A DNA stretch of 64,000 nt, taken from contig NC_043001.1 of assembly GCF_006345805.1 (NCBI RefSeq), positions 129,518,001 to 129,582,000 on the forward strand, read 5' to 3'. The notes below the pieces were generated by a model that saw nothing but the letters and a program-made list of their open reading frames with translations, was not told the origin of the DNA and did no database searches. The DNA is from Octopus sinensis (Eukaryota). The translations under genes and the position numbers were made by a program. Positions 1 to 12,060 of this stretch are shown in pieces. The stretch's first letter is position 1. Each line of letters starts with the position of its first letter.

Positions 1-216
1 ATACATGTATATATACATATATACATATATATACATATATACATATATATACATATATACATATATATACATATATACATATATATATATATATACATAT
101 ATATACATATATACATATATATACATATATACATATATATACATATATACATATATATACATATATACATATATATACATATATACATATATATACATAT
201 ATACATATATATACAT
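1..216. repeat. Compound (TA)n/(ATACAT) microsatellite
   Basis: Pure atacatatat-type units; the source of the YI/TY-repeat ORF 5..262. Confidence 0.95.
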
Positions 217-839
217 ACACGCACACACAAAACAATATCATGTCCAGATTCTTCAGATGTAAATTGTTATTGCATTTGATAAATATTTTTCTGTCTTTGC
301 TTGTTAAAACAAAATGTGTATGCATGTGTATTTTTAATAATTTGAATTTTATTTTCGTTTTTGTTTTTGATTTTTTTTTTTGGTCTTTATTCAGACTGAA
401 ATAAAAATTTTTGGAAATAATTTTACTATCATTTTCTAAGGTTTGACTAAATATGTAATGAATACCCATACACAAACAAACAAAAAAGTTTCCATATTCA
501 TAAAATTTTATTTGAAATATAAATTCATTAAAGATTCTAAACAAAGAAAGACAGAAAGTAGGAAAGAAAGAAATAAAGACAGACAGAAAGAAAGAAAGAA
601 AGAGACAAGGATTACTAGAAAACTACTTGATACATATTAAGAAAGAGTTTAGAAACAAAAAGGAAATCCCCCCCCACCAAATAAAAAACAAACATAAACA
701 CATGCTGTAACCACACGCATTCCCTTCATCACATTGTCAATATTACACATCGTCACAAAAGCAGATATGCACCCAAGCACACAGACATATATGTATGTAT
801 TATATATGTGTAAATATACATACATATATATATATATAT

Positions 840-873
<34 letters not shown>

Positions 874-944
874 ATATAATGAGTTTTTATATAAATAATA
901 TATATATATACACACACACACTAACATATGTATGTATATATATA

Positions 945-986
<42 letters not shown>

Positions 987-2076
987 CATGCATATGCATA
1001 AACACACACGTTATGAAAGTAGTTTAATTGTTGAGTTGCAGTTTTTATTGTGTTTTTTTTTATTTTTTGGTATGGAATAAAAGATTGATTAAAAGAATAA
1101 AAGACTGGAGAAGTAGAAGAAAAAAAGGGAGATAAATAAATGTAAAGAATGAAAGAAAACAAAAGAAAGAAAAAAAAACAGCCAAGCAAGAAATGAATGG
1201 AAGAAATGAAAGAAAGAGAAAAGTAAGAAATGAGGAAAGTTATAAAGAACAAAAGCAGAACAAGAAGAATAAAAACGGTAAAGATAAAACAAGTAATGGA
1301 ATAAAAAAATAAAAAGTGTGTAGAAAAATAAGAAAAATTAGATAAATAGCAACTATCCCTCTGAAACAATGATAATTTAATAATTTACATTTTTCATTTC
1401 TTTTGCAAAAATGTTATGGAAATTATCATAATCATTTAACGGAATATGAGGTTCTTTTGTAAAAAAAAATTTTTTTTAATTCAAAAAAATATACAGAAAT
1501 GAAAGGACAAAAATCATTTAAAATATTACACAAAAAAGTATTTGTAAAAAAAACAAAACAAACTAGCATACAAATTTTTTTCCAACAAAAAACCAAAAAA
1601 AGACAAGTGCATCCAGCAAAGCAGCAAAACAAGGAAGAATGTTTTATGTTAAAACATGCAAAATAAGTTCCCTATCTCTTGTTGCAGGGAGAACCATGTG
1701 ACAATGTCTGTCACATGGCTGTCACTAGCGACGATGTTGGAATATCTAATGAGTTGTTTCGCTTCATTGTTGTTGTATTCTGGCATCTTTTGTCTCATTA
1801 CATACATATACACACACATGTATATATATGTGTGTGTTGTTCTCGTCTTGTTTGTAAATATTCAAATTCTATTGTTTTATAATTATAGTTGCCTGAGTAT
1901 TTATTTAATTTTTGTTGTAGTAAGTTTGGGGAAGAAAGTTTTATTCGTTTTCAAACAAGACAAATCTACATTCATAGGTACTCCCTGAACATTTGATAAC
2001 TAACAATAGTGTCCTTTCAACAACAGCAAAGTTTTAACCACACATATACCCCTCATCAATATGTATCTGTATGCTA

Positions 2077-2485
2077 TACTCTTTACTCTTTACTCTTTTA
2101 CTTGTTTCAGTCATTTGTCTGCGGCCATGCTGGAGCACCGCCTTTAGTCGAGCAAATTGACCCCGGGACTTATTCTTTGTAAGTCCAGTACTTATTCTAT
2201 CGATCTCTTTTGCCGAACCGCTAAGTGACGGGGACGTAAACACACCAGTATCGGTTGTCAAGCAATGCTAGGGGGACAAACACAGACACACAAACACATA
2301 CACATACATATATATATATACATATATACGACAGGCTTCTTTCAGTTTCCATCTACCAAATCCACTCACAAGGCATTGGTCGGCTCAGGGCTATAGCAGA
2401 AGACACTTGGCCAAGATGCCACGCAGTGGGACTGAACCCAGAACCATGTGGCTGGTTAGCAAGCTACTTACCACACAGCCACTCC
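2077..2485 (-). mobile_element. SINE family A: tRNA-derived CORE-SINE, full length
   Basis: Minus strand: tRNA-like head with GGGTTCAGTCCC B-box, CORE-like segment (consensus CACCTTGGGCAAGTGTCTT), internal TA/CA microsatellite, 3' tail ending AAATGACTGAAACAAGTAAAAGAGTA; more than 12 copies in the window. Confidence 0.9.
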
Positions 2486-2974
2486 AGCGCTATTGCAGTA
2501 CATCCTCAAAAGATCTTCACCATGTCACACTCTCAAAAATTCCTTTTAAAATAAATTGATATAAAACATTTCTTCTGTGAAATTTTAAATTTCTTTTATA
2601 AAATAAAGCTTCTATTAGCTGCTCAGCCTAGAGAGCTCCAAGGTAAGCCCTTACATGGTCAATAAACTTGCTAGAAATATCTCCCGAACAACCATCAAAT
2701 TGCACTTTAACCCTTTAGCATTCGGATTATTCTGTCAAGTTTAACATTTATTCAAAATGTTTTGAATTGATCATGCATTATCTCATAACTTTGACATTTT
2801 GATGATGTGACTGTATAGTTTTAGAATAACATTGTAGGAGAGGCATAAGACACTAGACCTGAGCAGTTTCAACATAAACCAGGTTAGAATATTTGGGCTG
2901 GATATAGGAGAGATATCTCTCAACAGTTATTCACATTTGTATCTTGAATCTCAATCTCACGGTTTGATGTTTAC

Positions 2975-3464
<490 letters not shown>

Positions 3465-3600
3465 GTATTACTTAAGTTTACCATGAAATGGTCCTTTTTT
3501 CATGCCGAATTCTACTTGGTGAAATTATTGATTACTTCTTAATTAATTAATTTTACTCTTTGTTATTATATTATATATATAATATATATATATATATATA

Positions 3601-3874
3601 TCACCATGACCACCGTGACCGACCGGGCTATCAGATGTTGCTACACATCGCTGGTCACAATGCGCTTTGCATTGTTTTAGCCTTCAAATGACGCCAACAG
3701 AAGAAAGAGTGAGAGAAAGTTGTGGCGAAAGAGTACAGCAGGGATCGCCACCACCCCTTGCCGGAGCCTCATGAACCTTTGGGTGTTTTCATTCAATAAA
3801 CACTCACAATGCCCGATCTGGGAATCGAAACCACGAGTCTGCTGCCCTAACCACTGGGCCATTGCGCCTCCACA
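3601..3874 (-). mobile_element. SINE family C (tRNA-like head), internally deleted
   Basis: Reverse complement matches the head and body of the 10818-11201 copy (GGAGGCGCAATGGCCCAGTGGTTAGGGCAGC). Confidence 0.85.
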
Positions 3875-4042
3875 TATAAATATTCATATATATATATATA
3901 TACATGTATATATATATATAAATTTAAGCCACAATATATGGATTCAAGTAATCTGACAATACCCATAAAAAATGTCCATAATGTATCATTCTATGAAACA
4001 TACAGAATACATAGTATGACACAAGAGAAAACGATAAGGAGT

Positions 4043-4176
4043 GTATAAAGTCATAAATGTAAATAATATAAATCATTTACATGTTTTTAAGTTATGAAAC
4101 AATTTGTTGTGATATTGAATTTTCTTATTAAATAAAATTTCATCAAATTATTTCTCTGTCATTTATGACTTTATAC
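4043..4176. mobile_element. 134-bp element with perfect 17-bp terminal inverted repeats; probable PLE-end derivative or MITE
   Basis: gtataaagtcataaatg (4043-4059) and catttatgactttatac (4160-4176); related copy at about 44310-44420. Confidence 0.55.
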
Positions 4177-4181
4177 TGTAG

Positions 4182-4251
<70 letters not shown>

Positions 4252-4577
4252 ATAACACTGTGATACACGATCCTATTGATCGTTTTTTTTCCTCGTCCCC
4301 TTTTTTTAACTCTTTTTTCTTCTTTTTTTCATTTCTCTTTTCTTTTGTTCCTTTTCCTTTTTTTTATTTCATTTTTTGTTCTTTTTTTTCCCTTTTACGA
4401 TCCCTTTTGATCGAAAACCCACGCCACTTTTTTTGTTTCTTTTTTTTGGGGTTTTTTTTGCTTTTTTTCATCCCCCAAAAGAAAAGCTCTACCTTGTAAC
4501 TTGTCCCATCTGTGGGCAGCCCTGTGTGGCCAATAAAGAAACTTATCTATCTATATATGTGTATATATATATATATA

Positions 4578-4820
4578 TAATATAATATTAATTCGAGACA
4601 AAATCACTATTTTGCAAAACAAACAAGGAAAGACTTAATCAATACATAAAAATTTTAATATAAAGTAAATAAACTGCCACTACAATCGTTTCATGTCTTC
4701 AAATGACATTCGTCAGATGGATTTCCGATCTTCTAATCAGTTTTAATTTACTATAAAATTGGATTTAATCCTAAATCTGATTTTTTCCCTGTAAATTTGG
4801 ATTTATTCCCTAATATTTAT

Positions 4821-4822
<2 letters not shown>
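4578..4822 (-). mobile_element. Penelope-like element terminal-repeat fragment
   Basis: Unique sequence between TA runs that contains a minimal type I hammerhead, a hallmark of PLE pseudo-LTRs. Confidence 0.55.
4677..4720 (-). ncRNA. Minimal type I hammerhead ribozyme motif, canonical core
   Basis: Minus RNA: CCAU CUGACGA AUGUC AUUUGAA GACAU GAAA CGAUUG UA GUGG; stem I CCAU/GUGG, stem II AUGUC/GACAU, GUA triplet. Confidence 0.8.
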
Positions 4823-4861
<39 letters not shown>

Positions 4862-5099
4862 GTCACTTAAATGAAATCAGTTATTTCAATGAACCCAGAA
4901 GGTGAGTTGTTGCAAAGTCAACCATGGCAGGATCTGAACCCAGAACATAAAAGACATCTCATCCAGCATCCAACACTCTGCTCACTCTGTAATTCACTGC
5001 CCTTATACTGTAGTGCAATGTAGACTAACATGCCTCACGTGGTATACCAAAATAATTGGCCGTCAGATGAAATTATACTTGTAATTAGGACAAATTTTC

Positions 5100-6400
5100 A
5101 TTCATAATACACTTCTGACAATTGTTACAAGAAAGATATGGGAGAATTAGAAACTAAACAAAAAATCTATGTGATTAGGGGAGCAGTGAGGCTCATCTTT
5201 AGTATGCTTAGAGACAACTCTAGACATATTTTAATCAAATTAGATATCTCCAGTAAAGCTTCGCTGACTGATATTCTTAGTATGCATCTATTTGAACTCC
5301 ACAGATGGTTGTTGCATTGTAAAACAGTCTCTGCACATCATATAACTGGTACATCATTTCTTTTGTTTTTTAAATTTCAGTTAGATCATCCTCGCTTTTT
5401 AATCTTTTGAATATGAAACCAACATTTCAACAACATTTCTCAAATCTGCAGCTTTCAAAATTTATGAAGAGTAGTTGTAACCTATGCAGTTGTTAGCTTA
5501 ATTGTTGAAGAGAAGTCCTTCTGACTATAAAAGGCCTTGTATGAAGTTGATACTTCCCTGACCCTGGGCTATAACAACTGTGTAGTTGGAAGTTAAAATA
5601 ATCCTACACATTTGTACAATAAAATATTATTAAGTGAGTTAGGTTGGTCACTATCAAGAATAATAAAAAAAAAATTGAAAACTAAATTAAATTTTTGCAG
5701 GAAATTTAAACTGGACAAAAATGCAACATGAACAACTTTTTAAATGACTTTGGTATTCTATAACATTATATTTGCTCCCCAAATGACTGGAAGAGATCGT
5801 TTGTTGCATCCTTTTTAAGTCCCCATGTTCATCATTTAATAAATAAGTATTGACCTTAATTTAAATCTTGCCTCAAACGCCAATAGCATTGCATCCAAGT
5901 AAAAGGGTTAAGTGGTCTTTTGATGCTTTGTAACTAGAATGCAGTGCAATGCTTCTCTTTCTACCAAAAAAAAAATTCTAGATGACATTCCTTTCAAGAA
6001 AAGACCAGTTCCATCTTTGTTGAACATTTGATGAGTATTGTAACTATTTCCTTTGATTAATTTCTTTAATTCAATAGGGTATTAAACTGCATTTTTTCAT
6101 CTGCATTGGAAGATTCTTGTATTTACATTTTTCGTTCATGATTTGGTTTTAAAATTTTCTAACCAACCTTCACTGGCATAAAATATCACAGTCCCTCCTT
6201 GATATTTGTTTCCTTTCAGTCAGGTAAAAAGGTTAAAAGCTTTGATCATAATGTAATTGGTGTCAACAGGAATTCACTTCTGATTACAATCTTCCAACCA
6301 AAATATTAATAGATCCTCCATCACAACCATTACTGGACTTTGATTACTAGTATGTTGCATATTTAATGATGCACGTATGACTTTACCTTGATCCTATTGC
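5100..6400 (-). pseudogene. Decayed pogo/Tigger-type DDE transposase
   Basis: Minus-strand translation gives ...YNTHQMFNKDGTGLFLKGMSSRIF...YKASKDHLTLLLGCNA..., matching Tigger QIFNVDETALYWKKMPSRTF/FKASKDRLTLLLGANA; many stops and frameshifts. Confidence 0.7.
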
Positions 6401-7184
6401 TCAAAATAGTTTGTATCATTGACTCACTAAAGAACGGTTATCGTCTAAGCTTTGTTTTTGCTGTGATCAAACTTTTCCATAATTTGAAATTTAATTCTTG
6501 CATTTTATTCTTTTATTCTTTTACTTGTTTCAGTCATTGCACAGCAGCTATATGGAGGTACCACCTGAAGACATTTAGTTGGTAGGATGGCTTTCTGCCA
6601 GTTGAAAGATTAAAGGTATAGAGGGACAAAAATAGGTGTCTTGCTGTATATATACATGGCTACTCCAGTTGGCAAAGAAAGTAGTGTGAGTTAGAAAAGG
6701 AGGGTGATAGTGAGAGATGATGGGAAAGGTGTGTCAGGACATGCCTTCGAGGGACTTTGGGGCTGATGAGAGTAGGTGAGGTGATACAGAGGTTTGGACT
6801 GGGTGAGTGGCCAGGATAGAGGTAACTGTAGCAAATGATGGAGATGAATATAGGAAAGGCCCAGGGGTAGGGGTTGCAGTAGATGATGGTATTGAGGGCG
6901 ATAGCAGCTAAGCAAGGTGTTAAGGGAGAACAGTACAGGAAAGAGACGGTGCATAAAGGAGGTGATATAAGCAGAGGAGGATAATGCGAAATGGAAGTGG
7001 TTTGAGTTGAGGGTAACAAATTTAACTGTGGGTGGTGTAGTATGTGCCTATTCTGCTCTCAGGTGATAGAGAAGTGATGGTTGTAAGGGGATGAAATGTG
7101 TGTGTGTGGGGGGGAGAGGTTGTCAGGGCAGAGAAGATAGACAAGTATTACCAGGGTAGTTTTAGGATATCAATTCTACTGTGG

Positions 7185-7722
7185 TTGATGAGTCTTCTTA
7201 AATACAACAAGGTGCCAGATAATATGGTCATCTTCATAAAGCACAGCATCTTGAGATCGACCTTCAGTACTTCATTCCAGGTCTTCTTGGATCTCTCTTT
7301 TCAACAACTGCCATCCACTTTAAGTGGTCAACCCTTTCTCATGCAACTTTCCTCACCCTTATGCATCACATTACAAAACCAGCACAGTCTCCTCTCTTAC
7401 ACACTGCAATTAATTCCTCTGGCATTAAACTTTTTCTCAATACACTAATGCTCTGTTGCACATGTACACTGACATTGTTCATCAAGTAGAGGATATTATC
7501 TTCATTGCTCTCTAGTCTTTGCATGCCCTCTGCATTCAGGGTCCATGTTTCACAACCATGTAGCATAGCTGTTCATACACATGCATCATACAACCTTCCC
7601 TTCATTCAGAGAGTGAGACCTTTGGTTGCTAAGTGATAAAAACTCTCTGAACTTTCTAGAACCTATTCTTATTCTAGCAATTATACTCTAAGTACATCCT
7701 CCTTCACTGCTAATTAGTCACC
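7185..7722 (-). pseudogene. RTE-clade LINE ORF C-terminal remnant
   Basis: ORF 7366..7566 MLHGCETWTLNAEGMQRLESNE... matches the RTE LYGSETW motif; downstream KKTWNEVLKVDLK-type sequence; frameshifted. Confidence 0.75.
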
Positions 7723-7727
7723 TGTCT

Positions 7728-7801
7728 AGCATATGACATAGTGGTTAAAAGCACGGGCAACCAACTCCAAGATTCCGAGTTCAATTCCAGGCAGCGACCT
7801 G
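7728..7801 (+). mobile_element. tRNA-derived SINE head followed directly by (AAT)n
   Basis: A-box-like TGACATAGTGG (7734-7744) and B-box GAGTTCAATTCC (7777-7788); no clean tRNA cloverleaf. Confidence 0.65.
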
Positions 7802-7820
7802 AATAATAATAATAATAATA

Positions 7821-7865
<45 letters not shown>

Positions 7866-7867
<2 letters not shown>

Positions 7868-8127
7868 GCCAGAAATTCAAAAGATAGTGCTCATGGGAAC
7901 TGCTCAAATCCTACACAAAATACTTTCTATGTAATCTCAAGTTTTAAAACAAACATAATTTTTGTATGGTTTTTTAGACATTCACTAGTACAACACTAAG
8001 TACAAAACCAAATATATGGCACCCTAGGCATAACACTAACATGAACTTTCAACTTGTTGTCTCTTGAGGTCTCTGGGTGAGACTTGGAGCCAACTTGTAC
8101 AAATGTAAAGCTAAAGTCAAACATAGA
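7866..8127 (+). mobile_element. 5'-truncated R4/Dong-clade non-LTR retrotransposon in an (AAT)n tract
   Basis: 7866-7934 encodes MPEIQKIVLMGTAQILHKILSM*, like the R4/Dong C-terminal QKxxLLGTAxILRKxL; 3' UTR ends GAGGTCTCTGGGTGAGACTTGG...; (AAT)n on both sides. Confidence 0.7.
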
Positions 8128-8201
8128 ATAATAATAATAATAACAACAATGACATCGAAAAATACCTTAGGAATGAGAACCCTGGTTCGAAATTTCATCA
8201 A

Positions 8202-8247
8202 GACACCCGATGAAGGTTGGAGGGTATATCAGCCAAAACGTTGTGTT
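8202..8247 (+). ncRNA. Decayed minimal type I hammerhead ribozyme
   Basis: GACAC CCGAUGA A GGUUG GAGGGUAUAU CAGCC AAAA CG UU GUGUU; all stems pair, core has U4C and G12A. Confidence 0.6.
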
Positions 8248-9089
8248 AACAACAAGCTAGATGAGGACAAACAAGGTGAGGACAAACAAGGTGAGGACAA
8301 ATATCCGTCAATTGAAAATCATGTAAGAAAATGTCCCTTTCTTTCCTAAAGCAATGGGATATAGTTTGTGGGTGACGTGGCTACTATTCTTAGCTGCTCA
8401 AGCAACTGAGCAACTATTTGCTCTCTCGCAGAGTCATGCTGCTGTAGTAACATTTTGGGGCCATTCTACATCTATTTAGTTGCTTTGTGGTGGAGTCCTA
8501 ATGCATGTGGTCCTTCATTTTGAGTATTTCCTTCTTTTATGTAGGTGCAATTTGTGGTTATGTGCTCTGTTTTATTATGTTTGCTATCGAGATAACTGAA
8601 AGTGTTGTTTTGTGCTTGAAGTTGTTGTTATTGCTGTTTTAGTTGTTGTCCTCACTGTTTATCATAGTAGTGATAAAGTAGTGGATTGTAGGTGATTTCA
8701 TTAGTAAATGTAGTGTTATAATGGCAGTAATTAAAGTGACAATCATTGGTTTGTGATTAGTAGGTGACTGGTGGTGGTAGTGGCAATGATGATACAGGTT
8801 ACACTGAATGTGATGATTATGTTATTATCAATACTATTAATGGTAATGGGGGTGGAGTGGGTGGGTGGGGGGCAAATTGGTAGAATCAGTAGAGTCTTAG
8901 ACAAAATGTCTTGCAGTATGTGTTTTTAGCTCTTAACATTTTGAGTTTCAAATCTCACTAAGGTCGACTTTGTCTTTCATCTCTCTGGAGTCAATAAAAC
9001 AAAATAAACTACCAGTTAAATACGAGAGCTGATGTGGTCAGCTAATGCCTGTCCCTCAAATTTCTGTCCTTGTGTCTGTATTAGAAACA

Positions 9090-9133
<44 letters not shown>

Positions 9134-9158
9134 AATTATTATTATCATCATTATTATA

Positions 9159-9554
9159 AGGAGTGGCTGTGTGGTAAGTAGCTTGCCTACCAACCACACG
9201 GTTTCGGGTTCAGTCCACTGCGTGGCACCTTGGGCAAGTGTCTTCTCCTATAGCCTCGGGCTGACCAAAGACTCGTGAGTGGATTTAGTAGACGGAAACT
9301 GAAAGAATCCTGTCGTATATATGTATATGTATATATATATATATGTGTGTGTGTTTGTGCATCTGTGTTTGTCCCCCCAACATTGCTGGTGTGTTTACGT
9401 CCCCGTAACTTAGCAGTTTGGCAAAAGAGACCAATAGAATAAGTACTATGCTTACAAAGAATAAGTCCTGGGGTCTTATTCTTTGCTCGACTACAGGCGG
9501 TGCTCCAGCATGGCCACAGTCAAATGACTGAAACAAGTAAAGGAGTAAAGAGTA
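9159..9554 (+). mobile_element. SINE family A, full length
   Basis: AGGAGTGGCTGTGTGGTAAG head, CORE segment, TGACTGAAACAAGTAAAGGAGTA tail. Confidence 0.9.
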
Positions 9555-9729
9555 TACAACATCATGAGATTGTTGATTGAAGATATTGTGGTATTTCTAA
9601 GGTTTACAGATGTTTTTTGGGGATTGGGAGATATTGGGTGGTATTGTTGTTGTTGTCGCCGTCGTTGTCCACGCCGCTGCCACCGCAACCACCACCACCA
9701 CCATCACCACCACCACCACCACCATCACC

Positions 9730-9761
<32 letters not shown>

Positions 9762-10307
9762 TTTACATGGTGGTACACCAGCAGAATTGTTTCAATTTCA
9801 GCTAAAATGCTTAGCAGTACTTATTCCATCTTTATGTTCTGAGTTCAAATTCCACCAAGGTCAGCTTTGCTTTTTATCCTTCCGAGATCAATGAAATACA
9901 TAACATTTGAGCCACGGGACTGAGAGAATCAACTACCCCCATCCCAACAAAATTTCACACCTTGTGCCTATAGTAGAAAGGATTATTATTATTAAATAAA
10001 AAGAATAAATTATTAAAATAAAAATAAAAATAAAAAGAATAAATTATTATTATTATTATATTATTATTATCATTATTATCATCATCATCAATTTAAGGTG
10101 GTGAGCTTGCAGAATCATTAACACACAAGGCAAAATACTTAGCAGCATTTTGTCCAGCTTTACATTTTTAGTTCAAATTCTGCTGAGGTCAACTTTACCT
10201 TTTGCCCTTTTGGGTTCGGTAAATTAAGAACCAGTGAAACACTGGAGTCAATGTAATCAGCTGGTAGCCCCCTCCAAATTTCAGGCCTTGTGCCTTCAAT
10301 AGAAGAA

Positions 10308-10345
<38 letters not shown>

Positions 10346-10817
10346 CATTATTATTATTATTAAGTTTCCACCAAGGTCGACTCTGTCTTTCATCCTTTTG
10401 GGCCTTTAGTATAAAGGATTATTATTATTATCATTATTATTATTATTATTATTAAGGCAGTGAGATGGCAAAATCATTTGCATTCCAGGCAAAATGCTAA
10501 GTGACATTTTGTTTGATTTTGCATTCTGAGTTCAAAGTCCATCCTTTCAAGGTCAATAATATTAATACCATTTGAGCACTAGGGTCAATGTAATCGACTT
10601 ATAACAACACACTCTGAAGTTGTTGGCCTTGTGTCAAAATTTGAAACCATTATTATTATTATTACCTCTACCTTAGCAAAGGCATCAGTGTTGCTTTCAG
10701 TTGTGTTTGTTTGTTTGTCCATAGACAAGATATCTCAAGAATCGCAAGTTGGATTTGGATGAAACCTTCAAGGATGTTTAGCCTCATGACTGCCATGAAC
10801 TGATTAGATTTTGGGCT

Positions 10818-11201
10818 GTGGAGGCGCAATGGCCCAGTGGTTAGGGCAGCGGACTCGCGGTCATAGGATCGCGGTTTCGATTCCCAGACTGGGCGTTGTG
10901 AGTGTTTATTGAGCGAAAACACCTAAAGCTCCACGAGGCTCCGGCAGGGGATGGTGGTGATCCCTGCTGTACTCTTTCACCACAACTTTCTCTCACTCTT
11001 ACTTCCTGTTTCTGTTGTACCTGTATTTCAAAGGGCCGGCCTTGTCACTCTCTGTGTCACGCTGAATATCCCCAAGAACTACGTTGAGGGTTCACGTGTC
11101 TGTGGAGTACTCAGCCACTTACACGTTAATTTCACGAGCAGGCTGTTCCATTGATTCGGATCAACCGGAACCCTCATTGTCGCAACCGACGGAGTGCTTC
11201 C
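10818..11201 (+). mobile_element. SINE family C, full length, 12-bp TSD
   Basis: tRNA-like head; TSD agattttgggct at 10806-10817 and 11202-11213. Confidence 0.9.
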
Positions 11202-11559
11202 AGATTTTGGGCTCAATCTGGTATCGGACAAAGATTCTGGATTATTTGTTATATTTACTTTACTCTATGATCTAACGTTAATTTTAAAGTCTTTTTTCGA
11301 TTATCTCCATTTAAGCCGTACCTATTGTGAATGGTGAATTTGTTAACTTTGGCTTGTATTTGATAAAGATAAACTATTTATTACTGTTACTAAATTTTCT
11401 ACAGCCGCCTTCACATTCCATGACTACCACTGGGATCGGTCAGGTACCGGACAAGGATTCTGGATTATTTTTCCTGTTTTTTCTACTTAATTTTTGAGAG
11501 TGGTCAGGTTCACTTTTAGCATTTTCGCTTGTGACAGTAGTCGAGTTTATTTTAGATAA

Positions 11560-11716
11560 TCATCATCATCATCATCATCATCGTTTAGCGTCCGTTTTCC
11601 ATGCTAGCATGGGTTGGACGGTTCACCTGGGGTCTGTGAAGCCAGAAGGCTTCATCAGGCCCAGTCAGATCTGGCAGTGTTTCTACGGCTGGATGCCCTT
11701 CCTAACGCCAACCACT
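11560..11716 (-). mobile_element. SINE family D (RTE-related, (GAT)n tail)
   Basis: Minus strand: GTTGGCGTTAGGAAGGGCATCCAGCCGTAG...CCGTCCAACCCATGCTAGCATGG...(GAT)n; inserted in the HINE. Confidence 0.8.
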
Positions 11717-12060
11717 TAAAATCTCATTTTAAAAATCATCTTGAGAGGACGTTGGTGCTGTCTTGATGGAGGTTTGTACTCTCTGAGTGCTCTTGATATT
11801 ACTATTATTAAGTGCATGCACTGGTAGAATTGTTAAAGCTTTGTATCAAATGCCTTGTGGTATTTAGTTGTGGCCCTTCATGTTTTGACTTCAAATCCCA
11901 CACAAGTTGACTTGGCTTTCCATTCCTCCAAGTTGATAAAACAAAGTACCAGTTAGGGACTGGGATAAATTTAAACTGATAACTCTCTTCCTCAAGATTT
12001 TTGTCATTGTACCTACCTACATTACAAAATTATTATTAGAGATAGTATTATAAAAGTGAA

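Larger units (their letters stand above)
10659..11795 (+). mobile_element. Helentron-type non-autonomous element (HINE-like) with two nested SINEs
   Basis: 5' TTATTACCTCTACC..., (GTTT)n after the left end, 3' TTGATGGAGGTTTGTACTCTCTGAGTGCTCTTG; colinear with the uninterrupted copy at 17287-17654. Confidence 0.6.

Noticed and set aside
1688-1919. 232-nt coding exon ending at GTA/GTAAGT
   Set aside because: The open frame runs through a TA/CA microsatellite and has no recognisable homology; kept only as a weak note.
6660-7020. Possible Penelope RT remnant on the minus strand (SFSNSHY...GVAM)
   Set aside because: Only one frameshifted motif is recognisable, which is too weak.
10818-10890. tRNA gene calls for SINE heads (also 7728-7801, 12061-12130 and the family A heads)
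   Set aside because: A/B boxes are present but the acceptor stems are broken, and the heads run into SINE bodies, some with TSDs.
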